From the human T2T-CHM13v2.0 reference genome, Homo sapiens: DNA of 64,000 nt. Of the stretch, positions 29,756-43,565 are shown one piece after another. The position numbers were made by a program, and so were the translations under genes. The notes below the pieces were generated by a model that was not told the origin of the DNA, ran no database searches, and saw nothing but the letters and a program-made list of their open reading frames with translations. Where the stretch lies: the NCBI RefSeq assembly GCF_009914755.1, contig NC_060936.1; one strand, given 5' to 3'. How positions within the stretch are numbered: position 1 is the first letter of the stretch; each line of letters starts with the position of its first letter.

Positions 29756-31521
29756 TCAGACCCTGAAGTAAGAGACTATTTTGAAGAAGAAAGACATGGT
29801 AAAAAGAGCACCGAAAGCTTAAATGAGATGAGATAAAGTCAAGTCTGAAATAGGCTTTTAATTTTTTAAAAAGGCGAGCCCTTTACTAGCTACATGACCT
29901 TCGGCACATCAGTTAGTTAATCATGTGGGATTCATCTATAAAAGGTGAGAAATTGACTAAAAAATTTTAACGTACTTCTGAGAGTCCAGCTATCTATAGA
30001 TGATTTTCAGTAACCAAGTTAACTGATTAACATCCAGGATTGTGAGGTGATTCACCAATTTCACTCTTCTTCATAAGGTTTCACATTTCTATGAGAAGGA
30101 GGTTGAGGAGGATCTGTCTCCGCTCTCCCCAAATCCCAGCAACCCAGAAGTAAGTGAATGTACTTTCTAAGCACCTCCTCCTTGATTATATGAAGTGCAG
30201 TCTCTAGACTCTAGGAGTCCCCAGACACTCAGAAGAGTGGCTAAAAATACCCTTAGAATTCAACAAACCTGAGTTTAAAACCTGATTATGTCACATACTA
30301 GCTACATGATGTTGGCAACTTACTTAACCTTTGTAAGCTTTGATTACCCCATCAGAAAAATGAGAAGTTATTATTGAGGCTAAACAAAATGATATATACA
30401 AAGCATTCACCAAAGCCCCCAGACACACAGCAAGAAGATAATAAGTATGATCTGTTATTGCTGACTATCTGAAGGACTTTTGCCTGTACCTGCTTTGATG
30501 GTGTCCACCTGACTGAGCTGGGGCAAAGGTGGAGTCAGGAAAGGGAGGTCACCATCTTCTGTGAATCCTGCTCAGCAGGATCCAAGGCCCAGATGGGCTT
30601 AGATCTGACTAAAGACAGCACATTTTTGAATTCTTCCACTACCAAAAGTCATTCAGAAAAGCTTTCTCTCTCTTTTTCCGGAGGTTTTTCCATGTTGAAA
30701 GTAACTTTGTATTCAGTATAGAAAGGCCCATCATCTTCTCCATCTCCCTGAGATTCTATCAAAGCTGTCAAAGTACTATGCCATGAGCATTCTGGACAAA
30801 TTTTAAGTTTCTTCTTGTGCATGTCTTTTCTTAATCCCTTAACTCAGTAACAGCACTTGTCAAAACACTAAGTTTCCCATGGTGGCATTTCTGTAGTTCC
30901 TTAAGACTCAAAGGAGCAAAGCTGTTGTCTTCTCAAACATGTTTTATATTTGCATTTTCTTTTGGCTAAAATAGGGTAGGGGAGGAACACAGAACCCCAG
31001 ACAGGAAAAAAAAAAAAAAAACCATCCTAAAATTGTCCTTCACAGCTGGGTCAGACCAGATAAAAGTAGAAAGCTGAAGTTTGGCTGGCCTGAAATCTTG
31101 AATGATTCATTATTTCAGTAAAGCAGCCAGCTCCTTCTTGAATGTAAATGATTCTCTTTTTCCTTCTTCCCTGTTTAATGTAGAGAAGACCGGAGGCTGT
31201 TTTATTCAGGACCGAGGCCTTTTCTAATTACTGCAGACACCACTGCGTAATTAGACAACAAAGCTTGGGAGAGAGCAGGGCCCCCGCACAGTGGGTAATT
31301 TTGTTTTGTCTAGCAGCAATCATTTTTTATCATGTGTTATTAAAGGGAGGGTTTAAACACACCCCCACACACACATACACGCATGCACATGAACACATGC
31401 ACACACAGAAGGCAGGACTCTTCATGCTGGTATTTTCCATCCTCAACTGGATGAGGGCAAGGGAGAAGCAGGCTAGGGGTGTGTTTTTCTCTCTTCCCCT
31501 CAACAAGCAAGGCAGACTTAC

Positions 31522-31589
31522 TGGCGGTAGTTGTAGGCAATGTCAGCAAACTGCTTCCGTCTTGCACGGTACACAGGATCTTTAAAACC
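31522..31589 (-). CDS. PAH: PAH exon 5 (68 nt, c.442-509)
   Basis: ctcctag|GGTTTTAAAGAT...TACCGCCA|gtaagt; GFKDPVYRARRKQFADIAYNYR(H). Confidence 0.99.
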
Positions 31590-32729
31590 CTAGGAGAAAA
31601 GAGACACCTGATTTTTCAAGGCTTCATAGGAAGAGGTCTGGTACCTTTATGAATGCTTTGAATGGGGGCTCTCAAGCCATGACAGTGCATGTCTCCTTCC
31701 CTTGGTTATACCCTAAAACTAAAGTCTCGGTTAAACTTAGCTCTCCTACCAGATACTGTGAGTGACACCTTATTAGTAACTCCTTTGATTTAGCATGAGC
31801 CTCCTTGCTGTGGATTCCAATGTGCATGATCTGTTCTTAAAGAAACCTCATCTACAGCATATCTGACTGACACACTTGCTAAACTAAGCAAAGTTCATAG
31901 GATGGATGTCTATGATGAAGATGTACAATATCCATTTAATTCCTGATTAAGGTTTGTGTCTAGCTCTACCTTTTAATTTCTTGATAGACGAGCAGGCACA
32001 TGCTTATTGCTCTTGCAATTTTTAAAAATACCATTGATTAAATACATACTATGTGCCAGTTTGTGAGTACTAGGAACTGATTTTACATATAATTCTCACA
32101 ACAAACTTGCGAGTTCGATGAGTATGATTATCCTGTTCTTTCCGGAATAAATGGTGGTTCAGAGAAGTGGATCCATAGTGACGGTGAGGCTGGGATTTGG
32201 ATCACCATCAGTAATTGTCAGCCTTTACAATCTGGCAGGGGCCTAGCTAACTGAGAGTCTGTCTCAGGACCTAAAAAGGATGATAATGGAGTCTCCTCTG
32301 AAGCTGATTCACAGGCAGCCTTTTCCCAGTGATTTGTAAGCAGCACATTTCCGAGTGAAAGGAGGCTAAGTGTGTCTTTGAGTGTTTGGGGTGGAAATGG
32401 GATTCCAACTGATTGAAAGACAATTTTCCAAAAACAGTTGATTGCAGTCTAAATTTTGGTAAGACAAGAGACTGATATCATTTCCGTAGAACTCTGCTGT
32501 GGTTCTTCCAAGCCTTTCCCAGTAAGCCATGCCATCCACCACTTTAGCTCACAATTTCTCTGCTCCACTGTCCCTCCAAACCAAGGCAGTAGTGAATTCA
32601 AAACAAAAGCTTATGTCACAGAGTGTAATGTTTAAAGGAGACTTTTAAAAAGAGAAATATTCCCTGATTTTTAGATTTGTTTTTTGTTTTGGTTGCTTGA
32701 TTGGTTGAATTTTTGTTTTGGGAGAGTTT

Positions 32730-32761
<32 letters not shown>

Positions 32762-33057
32762 CCCCTCTCTCTCTCTATGTATATACATATATAGATGTAT
32801 ATATACATGTATATACATATATAGATGTATATATACATGTATATACATATATAGATGTATATATACATGTATATACATATATAGATGTATATATACATGT
32901 ATATACATATATAGATGTATATATACGTGTATATATAGATGTATATTACATGTATATATGTATATACATATATACATATATACATGTATATACACCTATA
33001 TATACGTATATATATACACATATATATACATATATGTGTGTATATATATATATATAT
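32730..33057. repeat. (CT)n plus AT-rich 30-bp minisatellite (atatacatatatagatgtatatatacatgt x5) plus (TA/CA)n
   Basis: Four perfect units and one near-perfect unit at 32781-32930. Confidence 0.95.
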
Positions 33058-34722
33058 CAGGGCCTACCAGTAATTGTAAAGACACAGAGGGCAATGTAAT
33101 ATAATGTAATTTGTTCTGAGAATCTGCGGCATTGATTCTGGCACACAGGAAAAAACTACAGACACTTGTTGGAAGAAAGGAAGGGAGGGAAGATAGGAGT
33201 TAATTAGTTTATTTCCGGGAATATATTTTGAAAAATAGAAACATCCAAATGTTTCACACTTGAAAAGTGAAGTAAAACTACTACACATTTTTTTTTACTC
33301 CAAATCTAAATCCCAGATAAATAATGTGATTACTCTGTTTAGAAAAGATTTTATGACACGGTTATTGCAAAGTATAACTCTTCCTTTCCCTAGAGCACTG
33401 AATGGTTTTTAATCGTTAATTACAGATTAGAAAGCTTAGGAATCTGAGTACTTAAAACTACTGTTGTGCCTCGTTTCTACTGGGTGAAGGTAAGTTGGTT
33501 TGAGATGATGTGGTTAAAAAAAAAAATAAAACTGGGCACCATGATTTACTTTCCAAATATCAGTAACACACCATTTTAGAAACCTGTCTACTGGACTAAA
33601 CAAAGAACACTTATTTGTCCATATCTCCATACTTGGGGCTCAAAATAAACATGTAATATTGGTCAGTCATTAAGGTTTGATTGTTACAGTCATTCTCACT
33701 TGCCATTCTTATTTAATAGTTAGTAGTGAATAGTTTTTCTCCAGGCCCTAAGGATAATATGTAGACTTTTGACCCTGTAAGGCACCTTGTAGAAAGGTCC
33801 ATTTCTATATTTTGGTCTAGACTTGAAGAATATGAAGCCCATGGAGCCATTTGCCTAAAGGCCCAAAACTACAGAACTAGCACCTCCATTTGGATTTTGT
33901 GGTCCTCCCTAGGCTGGCAAGTTGAGATTTGAGCACTGAAGTAGGAATCCAGGAAGAAAAGAGAATTCCTTCAATCCGTGGATTTCCACTTCATCATGCT
34001 GCTTCTAGGAATGAGATATCCATGAACAGTTCTTACCCCCATTTGCCTTTATTGTTTATCTTTCATGTACCTTGCCTAGGTGGTTTAAAGATTTTCTACT
34101 TGTGAAAATAAAAGCTAATGTAATACTGTATACCCAGTTGATATTATCAATTATGTCAATTATGTCATATATCAATTATGTCAGAGGAAATATGTAAGTA
34201 TATAAATAAAATGATTACAGAAATACACCAAACTCTAACAAGTGTTACCTCCAGGTAGTGGGAAAAATAAGTAACACTAACAGTTGTATTCTTGAAAACT
34301 ATTTATGCTTTTCAAGTTTTCTAATGTGAGAACGGGTTTCTTTTAGAATAAAAAAAAGAAAATAGTATTAAATATCCATCTCAAATCATTTTAGTGAAGT
34401 AGCAGGAGATTCACACATTGGTATACAGGAACACACACACAGATAATGCACTATACAGATCTTCCATGTGGGAAGGTTTCTAACCATGACCCTTTCCAGC
34501 TCCTGGTTTCTAAGTTCATTATCAGCCTGCAAGGGGCCCCAACCAACCAGGTTGCAGGGAGTTTTGCTTTCTCAGTTACCAGTGGTCAGAGAGCTCTGTG
34601 GCCTGACGCCCAGCCTCTTGGGGATCTGGCCTTGCATTCCTTGGGCTACCAGACGACCACAGGGCCTCTGTAGCCGTCCATGTGGAGTACATTCTGAATC
34701 AAATCACAGTTGGTGATGACTG

Positions 34723-34841
34723 ATCACCCTGTCTCAATTTAGACTAATAGCAGCAATTTCAGTAGCACTGCATGTAATTTATTTATAATCACCCTGTCTC
34801 AATTAAACTAATAGCAGCAATTTTAGTTGCACTGCATGTAA
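34723..34841. repeat. Local tandem duplication of ~55 bp
   Basis: atcaccctgtctcaatt..ctaatagcagcaattt..gcactgcatgtaa at 34723-34777 and 34788-34841. Confidence 0.9.
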
Positions 34842-35739
34842 CCAAGTATGTTTTGACAGGAAAATATATTGTTGGTGAAGGAGTGGTGAGGGGGAGGGGA
34901 GGGGATAGAAGACGGGAGAAAGTCGAGAGAGTTCTACAGGATGCAAGTCATGACATCAACTGAAGTCTGCATGTATTGAGAGGTATAATTTGTGTGTGTG
35001 GGTGGGTTTAGGGGAGAGGGTAACTACATATATGGAAAAGTCTTGAGTATTCTTGTAGACTGAGATATTTATTCCATCATTTCCTAATATCATAGCTAAG
35101 GTTAAACCTCAGAAGTGCTCTCTTTAGGCTAGTGAGAACACAGGTTTTAAAGTCAGAAAAGCTGTGTTGGAATACTAATTCATTTATTCACTAGGAGCAT
35201 GGCCTGGGAGTGGCCAGTTTATCTCTCAGAGCCTTAGTTTCCTCATCAGTAAAATAAGACTGTCAATCCTACCTGCTTCACAGTGTTGTACAGTTTAAGT
35301 CAGGTAATGTCGGCAGCACATTAAGCAAAATTCTGAGCACATTGTAGTTGCTCAAAGCATGATGCATTTGTGCAAAATGGCAGGAAATCCAAAGACAGAG
35401 AAGTCTGGCTCAGAATATAAAAAAGATGTACTCTGGAATGGGTCAGTGATCCCCACCAGCCACAAGGGGCTTTTAAACCAACATCTACAGAATTCTTACC
35501 TTGCTGTGTATATTTCAGCTAGGCCAATAACAAGAGGCTTTTTGCATTTTTCATAATGTTTCATGACAACTGGGGGAAGGATGGAACACAGAAGACAAAA
35601 GGTTCAAACTGGCATTTATTAAGTAGCTGCCATTCCCATCCTATAGACATTGGTCAAGGAGGACTTGCAAACAGTAGACTAGGGGAGCACCGACCATGCC
35701 CAATCCCTTTGCTCACCCTACAATTGGCCAAGAAGCCTA

Positions 35740-36450
35740 TTCTGGAAAAATGTATGTACCTAGTTGCCCAAGCCCATAAGCCAGGAGTTATTGTTTTACT
35801 TCCCCCTTCTCTCTTCCTTCACATCCAGCAATCAATTTCTGCCCATTCTACCATTCAAACATCTGAGTCTGTCCTTCCTACTTCATTCTCACTGCTGCAC
35901 CTGCATTCGACCACCACCATTTCTTGCCTGACTATTGTAGCTGCTGGGTAAGTGGCCTCTCACCCCCTCCACTTCAGCCCAAATTATATTTATAAAGTGC
36001 AAGTCTGGTGAGGCCACTTGCCTCTTCAAAAGCCCTTCAAGGGCTTCTCATTGCTATTAGACTATTGTCCAAAATATTTAGCACAGTCCACAAGGCTTTA
36101 CATGATCCAGCTCTGTCTATGTGTCCAGCCCTGTGCTGACTCACTCTGGCCTTCCTATGATGCTGCAGAGTGCACTGGTCTTGCTTTAATTCCTTAAACA
36201 CACCATGCTCTTTCCCACATCAAGGCCTTCACACGTGTTCTACCCTCTGAGTGGGACCCTCTTCCCCACTCGTTTAGACCAATAAGTCACTATCTGTTCT
36301 TTCTGTCTTCCTGGATTTTTCCAAAGTTTATTGGTTTCTCTCAGTGTGTTGTATGTTTCTCTTTTCAGATGGTCTCACATATGTTAATAATGATTAAACT
36401 CAGGAAACTCTTTTACATATCACTGGATTTTCAGGGCATAGCACACTCAG
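35740..36450 (+). mobile_element. LINE-2 fragment
   Basis: aaagcccttcaagggcttctcattgct..cacaaggctttacatgatcc..caaggccttcacacgtg pattern. Confidence 0.6.
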
Positions 36451-36475
36451 CATATCCCCAAGTAGAAGCTGTTCA

Positions 36476-36835
<360 letters not shown>

Positions 36836-37427
36836 TTACTGTGTGCCTTTTAAATGTCATATGAGATCATTGTCTCACAAGCTCACTCTGTGCTCTAAGG
36901 GGACATATATTTACTACTTATAAAGTTACAATCACTTCAAAGTAGATGCTGGCTTTTTAGAAGACCAATAAGTTGCAAAATATTCATTTTATTATCAAAT
37001 TGTAAGTTGTTTCTGCCTAGTAGAAAGGTTAAGACACATAATTATGGCTTTATTGTCTTATGGAACATTAATCACTTGTGCATCCATCTTTGTGACCTTA
37101 TTCTGGCTTTCTATTTTCCGATGACCACGTGTACTTTCGTCTCTTGTATCTTTTCTGCACTATCTTTGTCATCTTGCTGGTTCCCTCAATAGTGAGTTAA
37201 ATGGATCTTTGACAGGTGTTCACTATATACCTGCATGACAGTTATGTTTTTAACTTTTCACAAATTATGCTTGGATAGAGCAATTTAGTAAGAATGCAAC
37301 AAGTCTTTGATGACTCAACTAGCTGACTGACTCTTAGAAGGAACTCTGACAGGGCCTCAGGTGGAGAAAATTAGGTGGGCAAAAGGAAGAGAAAAGGAGA
37401 AAAGTATTGAAAAATATAGTCTTGTTA

Positions 37428-37811
<384 letters not shown>

Positions 37812-37969
37812 TCAAAGACTTGGGTCAAGAAGTAGAAATATCCACAGAAGGACAGTTGTGTTGGCTGATATTTTCTTCACTAAGAAGCCCCCTCTATTGT
37901 AGATCTGTAGCCTAGACTCCAGTGCAGCTGCCAGGTAAACTGGAATAGGTAGCTCTGGAGTTGGGGGTC

Positions 37970-38365
37970 TATGTGGCAGAGGTTGCTGGTGCTCCCCAAG
38001 ATCTGTCCTCTCTCCTTTGTTCAGAGAACGTTGCTAAACTATTTTCCCCCATCTTCTTTGCAGTTAGTAGTGGGCACGTGACTGAGCTCTACTCAATGGA
38101 ATTTGATTGAAGGGATGTGAGTCATCTCCAGACATGGCCCATGAAAACTTCCCAGAAGCAATTCTCACTCTCTCTTCTCCCATCCACTGGCAGAATGAGT
38201 GGGCTCCAAGGAGTTGAAGGAGGGTACAGCCATTGGTGGAAGGAGGCTTGGTTCTGAAAGACTTTGTGGAGCAGTTTCCTTACTGACCCACATTGGAAGT
38301 GAACTTTTATTGGGTTGGCCACGGAGATCTGGGGGTTTTTGCTGAGCAGTTAGCCTGCTCTGGTT
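37970..38365. mobile_element. MLT1-like MaLR LTR fossil
   Basis: tgtggcagag..gcagttagtagtgggcacgtgactgag..aacttttattgggttggccacggagatctgggg. Confidence 0.55.
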
Positions 38366-41300
38366 GCTAGAGGGCTAGACTCAGATCTTCCTCTTTCTAG
38401 AAGTCCTCCCTAACCATTCCAGTACACAGTGACCTTAGAAATGATAGCACATGCTATCTGACTCATGAAACCTGGCATTTATGCACTTTTTTGAGTTATT
38501 ATTATATAATTATATACTAGTTATTATCCCAACTGTATTCCATGGAAAACTACCACTCACGATAAGATAATGTTGCTAGGTATTTCATTAAAAAGAGTTC
38601 CGTGGGTAAGTAAGTTTTAGGAAACATTGCATTGACTGGGTTTCATTTTTGCAGGATTTTCCAAAGTTTCTAATGAGATAATGGAATTTGCATACTTAAA
38701 GTAGGGTTATAGAATACAGAGTTTCTCTCTTTGATCATGGGATATTTTTCATAAACTACAGTTTCGGAAACATGCATATGGCCCTTTCACTTGCATATAT
38801 ATATCTTGTGCCTCCCATAAGGTTATAAGTCATGAAGAAGTAAACTTATTGTGATCTGATACTCTGTACCCAAAGTATAAACACAATGTGATTGTTGCCA
38901 TCTCTGAGATAGTAACAGTGTGAGAAACTTAAGTCTTGGAAGAGACAGGAGGAAGGCTTTAGGGAGGCAACATATATGATTTAGACCTTAGATGAATAGA
39001 GGTTTCCAAGTGGGGAAATAACAGGTGGGTTGGCAAGAAAAAACATGTCAGGTAAAGGGAACAACATGGACAGAAAGGGGAGTAAATTTTGGAAATGGAA
39101 ATTAAATAGAACCAGTTGGATTCTGCCTGCCAAGTTTGCAGTTACTATTCCAGCTCCCTCCTGCACTGCTTTGAGAACAGTCAACACCCCTTCTCTCTCT
39201 ACTGTACAACCACAGGCCCCTGGAGGGCAGGGATCATGTCATCTGTCACTTCAACCTCCTTTCTTTTATATGGCCTGAGACATAGTTCACACACAGATGA
39301 TGTTACACGGCCCTCTCCCTCTGAGATTTCTTATCTGAAAATGAGATGTACAGCCCTCATACGGTGGTGATAATATTCAAATTAAAAAAGGAATGCCAAG
39401 CATTTAGCATTGTGCCTGGCACACAGCCCCTGCTCAAGAAGCATTAGCTCCTAATATCATTAGTTAACTAAAAGATTTTGGAAAAAAAGAAAGCAAGGTG
39501 GGAAAGGGGAAAGGAAAGGAAGGAGACTGGGAAAGAAGGGGAAAGGAGGCAAGATGGTCACCAGGAAATCTAGCTTCCCTATTTCATTTTCCCACTTAGC
39601 TAAAACTGAAAGGCAGAGGCCATTTTCCCTCTGTCTTGGAAACAGTCCTTCCTTTACTTCATTTTTCAAAGTGACTGCTTTGGAGGACCTGATGAGAGAT
39701 ATTGGGTCACACATCCATGCATACTGCCAAGGGCTGGGTTCAGGGACAAAGAGATCACACAGGATGCAACGGGACAGAGAGAACAGAGGGTCCTTTCGAG
39801 AAGAACACCCGCTGACTGCACCACTCCTTGTGCTGGTGTCTGTTTGCACTCACACACTGAGGCCAGGCCTGTGGGCCCCGGGGTCTCTGGGAAAGCACGC
39901 TGGAGGGTTTGTTTTGTCCTTGGCCCACGTCCCTGGGATCTGATGAGAAATGAAAGGAACAGAGAGAGCCTGGCGCCTCGTCTTCAGGGAACTGTGTACC
40001 TGATATGTTGTATTTTTACAATAAAATTCATAACATTGAGAGGGCAGGGAGTCAAAGATGTGGCTTTTAAAAACCAATGCATTCCAGAGAGTTTTAAAGC
40101 CAGTGCCAGCTGCTTTGGAGGGGACTTGAGGATACAGGGAGAAAAATGTCCATCTCTTTGCATTGGAGTCTTCCACTGTCCCAAATGAAAAGGGAGTGAA
40201 ACGAATGGGAAGAATGCCGGTTTGGGGCAGGAAGACAGGAGTTTGGTAAGAGGAGAATAACGCCCTGCTGGGCAGACCCCTTGGATGGGTCAGAGGTGAA
40301 CAGACAGCTTTTCTGAGAACCAGTATCTTTGGAGATGCTTTGCTGACAGAGTTGATGGCTAAGAGGCCCCAGACAGAGATCTGTTGAACGGGTACACAGA
40401 GCAGAATCCCACCTGGAGCAACCTTGGCGCCCCAGGGCTCCTGGGAGTAGGCTACATGGTATATGGGATGGAATGGGGGTCAAAAGTCCCCACATTTACC
40501 TTTACTTTTCGGGGAGAGAGAGTATTTAAGTAATATACACTAGGAGCTTTAAATTTAATTCCTATCCTCAGTTTAAATATAACTTAGTTTAATTTCACAA
40601 CTAATATTCAAGGCAGCCATTGGAAGTTCACGTGAAAATACATAGGTGAGACTCAAACTTCCTACACGTTTGCAATTGGGTGCTGGTTAGTAAGTTGTGA
40701 CAGTTAATACACACAAACACACACACACATATTTGTGTGCATATATATACACCATATATATATATACATATATATATAGACAGAGAGAGCGAGAAAGGAG
40801 GAAGGATGGAGGCACACCCAAATATTAATATTGATTTATTGATTATTTTAGAATAGTGTGATAATAGGTGATTTTTTTTTTTCTGTTTGGAAGTCTGGGA
40901 GATTGGAGGAAATTCACCTTTGTTTCTGTTGATATATGCTTTCTCATTATTTGAAAAATGCAGAACTGTCCAGAGAGAAAAATAGAAATAACTGAAATTA
41001 TGGTTGCTTTTCATCTTCCTCCTCATGCCCCTCTGTGTTTTCAAGCCCACTATAATTGGTTTTACAATTTGAATTAGAAGAAGCATCAGTCATTCATATT
41101 TCAAAAGGCCAGCTTGCCCCTGAAATAGCTTGCCTTTGGCCTCTGTAAAAGAGCCTGGATTTCTGCCACTAGCTAGGCCTTTGTCTTCAGGCACCATGAG
41201 CTCTCAGGACTCACAGTTTAGCACCGGGCCTTAGAAAAGTCATCAGGCTCCTCGGGCCTCACTAGTTCTGTAAGATGGAAGCATCTGCTTTGCCTCCTGA

Positions 41301-42292
41301 AAAGCGCCTTTGCGAACATTCTTTGCTGATTATAAAGACCCACATAAATGTGAGGAGAAAACAGACTCCTGTGGAAGTGTAAATGCTTCCTCTGCGTTCT
41401 GCTCAACCTTCACCGATGTAAATGGCTGCAAGTCATTTAAAGATGAAGGAGTCATTTGCCTGGCAGAGAATAAAGGGCAGGCAACAGGACGGTGGCCCTT
41501 CCCACCGATAGAGGCTGTGAGACCTGGCCCTGAGCCACCGCAGCCTGGGCTGTTCCTCCCCAGACCCTCTGCCTCAGAGTAGAGGGAACGATGAAATATC
41601 CCCCACCCCGGCCCTCTACTCAAAAACCATTAAAGGACCTGCCCCCATGGCTGCAAGACACAGGCCCAGTCCGTGTTCCTCTTTCTGGTCCATTAGCCCT
41701 TTTACAATCTGATCCCAACCCACTGCCCCAGCCACATCTCTCATTCTCATACTTAATGCACCAACCAGTCATTCCCACAGTATTGTGGATGCTTCCAAGA
41801 CTCTCGGTATTCTCATACACTGTTCTTTCAGCCATAAGCCCTCTCCGTTCCTTATCTGACCCGCATCTCCTACTCAGTTTTTAAGATTCAGTTTCAACAT
41901 CGCCACTCCCCGCTGCCCCCTGCAGTTGGCAGAGTTGTTAGTACAGGTTGCTGTTTACCAAGCACTTGACTTAAACCTCCATAGATGTACACAGGCAGAA
42001 ACAATGATGATTTGCATCTGTGTGTGTGTTTGTGCATACACAGACCTAGTATATAGAGACAATAGTTTCTGGACAGTGATTTATATTTGCTCCTACAAAA
42101 ATAATGACCATGATAATGATGATGACAATAAAGTCTTGCTAATTTTTCCCAGCCCTCGTGTAAATAGGAACACAATAAGTGTTTGTTGAACAAGTGAACA
42201 AGTACATTGCTCCAAGTAGAGAAGGTAAGAGGAAGGGAGGGGAGTAGAGGAGAGGCACTGAAAAAATCTCATCCTACGGGCCATGGACTCAC

Positions 42293-42381
42293 AGGGTGGT
42301 CAGCATCCAGTTCCGCTCCATAGCTGAGAATCTGATTGGCAAATCTGTCCAGCTCTTGAATGGTTCTTGGGAACCAGGGCA
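42293..42381 (-). CDS. PAH: PAH exon 4 (89 nt, c.353-441)
   Basis: tttcag|TGCCCTGGTTCCCAAGA...CACCCT|gtgagt; (V)[29 protein letters not shown]. Confidence 0.99.
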
Positions 42382-42677
42382 CTGAAACACAGAGAAGGCA
42401 ACGTCCTGAGTACAGATTGGCAGAACATGGCCAAAGGCCTTGCTGAGATCAGAAGTGGGGATCCCAGCCAATGGTGATGGCAAGTGGGCTGGCTTCCAGA
42501 TAACCCCCAAATTACTATCGTTCAAAAGTTAAACTCCATTTTCCTTAGAAACCGGTTTTAAAACCCATTCCCAAATACATTCTCTTTCCTGGAGATGTTC
42601 TCTGAATTATCTCAAAACTCATCTCCCTCCCACCCGTCATGGTAGTTTTCTTTGATGGTTTTCTTTAGCAGCAGAAT

Positions 42678-42955
42678 TTTTTTCCCTTCTGTCACCCAGG
42701 CTGGAGTACAGTTGCATGTGATCTTGGCTCACTGAAACCTCTGCCTCCTGGGTTCAAGTGACTCTCCTGCCTCAGCCTCCCGAGTAGCTGGGATTACAGG
42801 TGCACGCCATCATGCCTGCCCAATTTTTGTAGTTTAGGTAGAGGCAGAGTTCTACCATGTTGACCAGGCTGGTCTCAAACTTTTGACCTCAGGTGACCCA
42901 CCCCCTTGGCCTCCCAAAGTGCTGGGATTACAGGCATGAGCCACTGCGTCCGGCC
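42678..42955 (-). mobile_element. Alu (AluS-type, 3' end shortened) ~300 nt upstream of exon 4
   Basis: Reverse Alu consensus; TSD ttagcagcagaat at 42665-42677 and 42957-42969. Confidence 0.93.
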
Positions 42956-43439
42956 ATTAGCAGCAGAATATTACATATAGGCCCAAAATATAAATTATAT
43001 AAAACCAGACTGTTCTACTGTAAATGAGCTCATGAGAACCCATCTTCCCATTATGTGTTTCCCTCCCAAAGGCCCCAGGCACTGCAGCAAAATCTTTCGA
43101 TCGCAAAGCCAGTTAGAAAGCCGTTGTTGAAGCAGAGTGAACAGAGTCAGATAGTTGGGATCTGAAGATGCCTTGCAGCACCTAAAGGATTTCAGACTTG
43201 CTTCTGAGCCAGTGTAGTGGGGAAGGGGTTGGGCTTGAGTGGGGTGGACTACAACACCTGGGTCTTGCAGAGAGAGGGGCCCAGGGAGAAGGGCAGGTGG
43301 CAGCACCGACATCCCTGTGGGTTACAGGAAACAAGATACATTGCAGGTGAAATTTTCCCAGGAATGAACAGAGACAAGGGCATTTTGGACCGTAAGTTTC
43401 ATGAGGGCAGAAACCATGGGTACTTTGTTGTACCGGGCA

Positions 43440-43565
43440 TAAAGAGAAAAAGAAGGAGGGAAGGAAGAGGGAAGAGAGGGAGGGAAGAAAAGGAAAGAAA
43501 GGAGGGAGAAAACAAGATAAGGAAGGAAGGAAGAAAGAAAAGGAGGGAAGAAAGAAGGGAAGTAA
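43440..43565. repeat. GA-rich polypurine tract
   Basis: Almost pure G/A for ~125 nt. Confidence 0.85.

Noticed and set aside
32645-33104. Tyr/Ile/His-rich ORFs (also 607..811 and 54109..54489)
   Set aside because: Translations of micro- and minisatellites.
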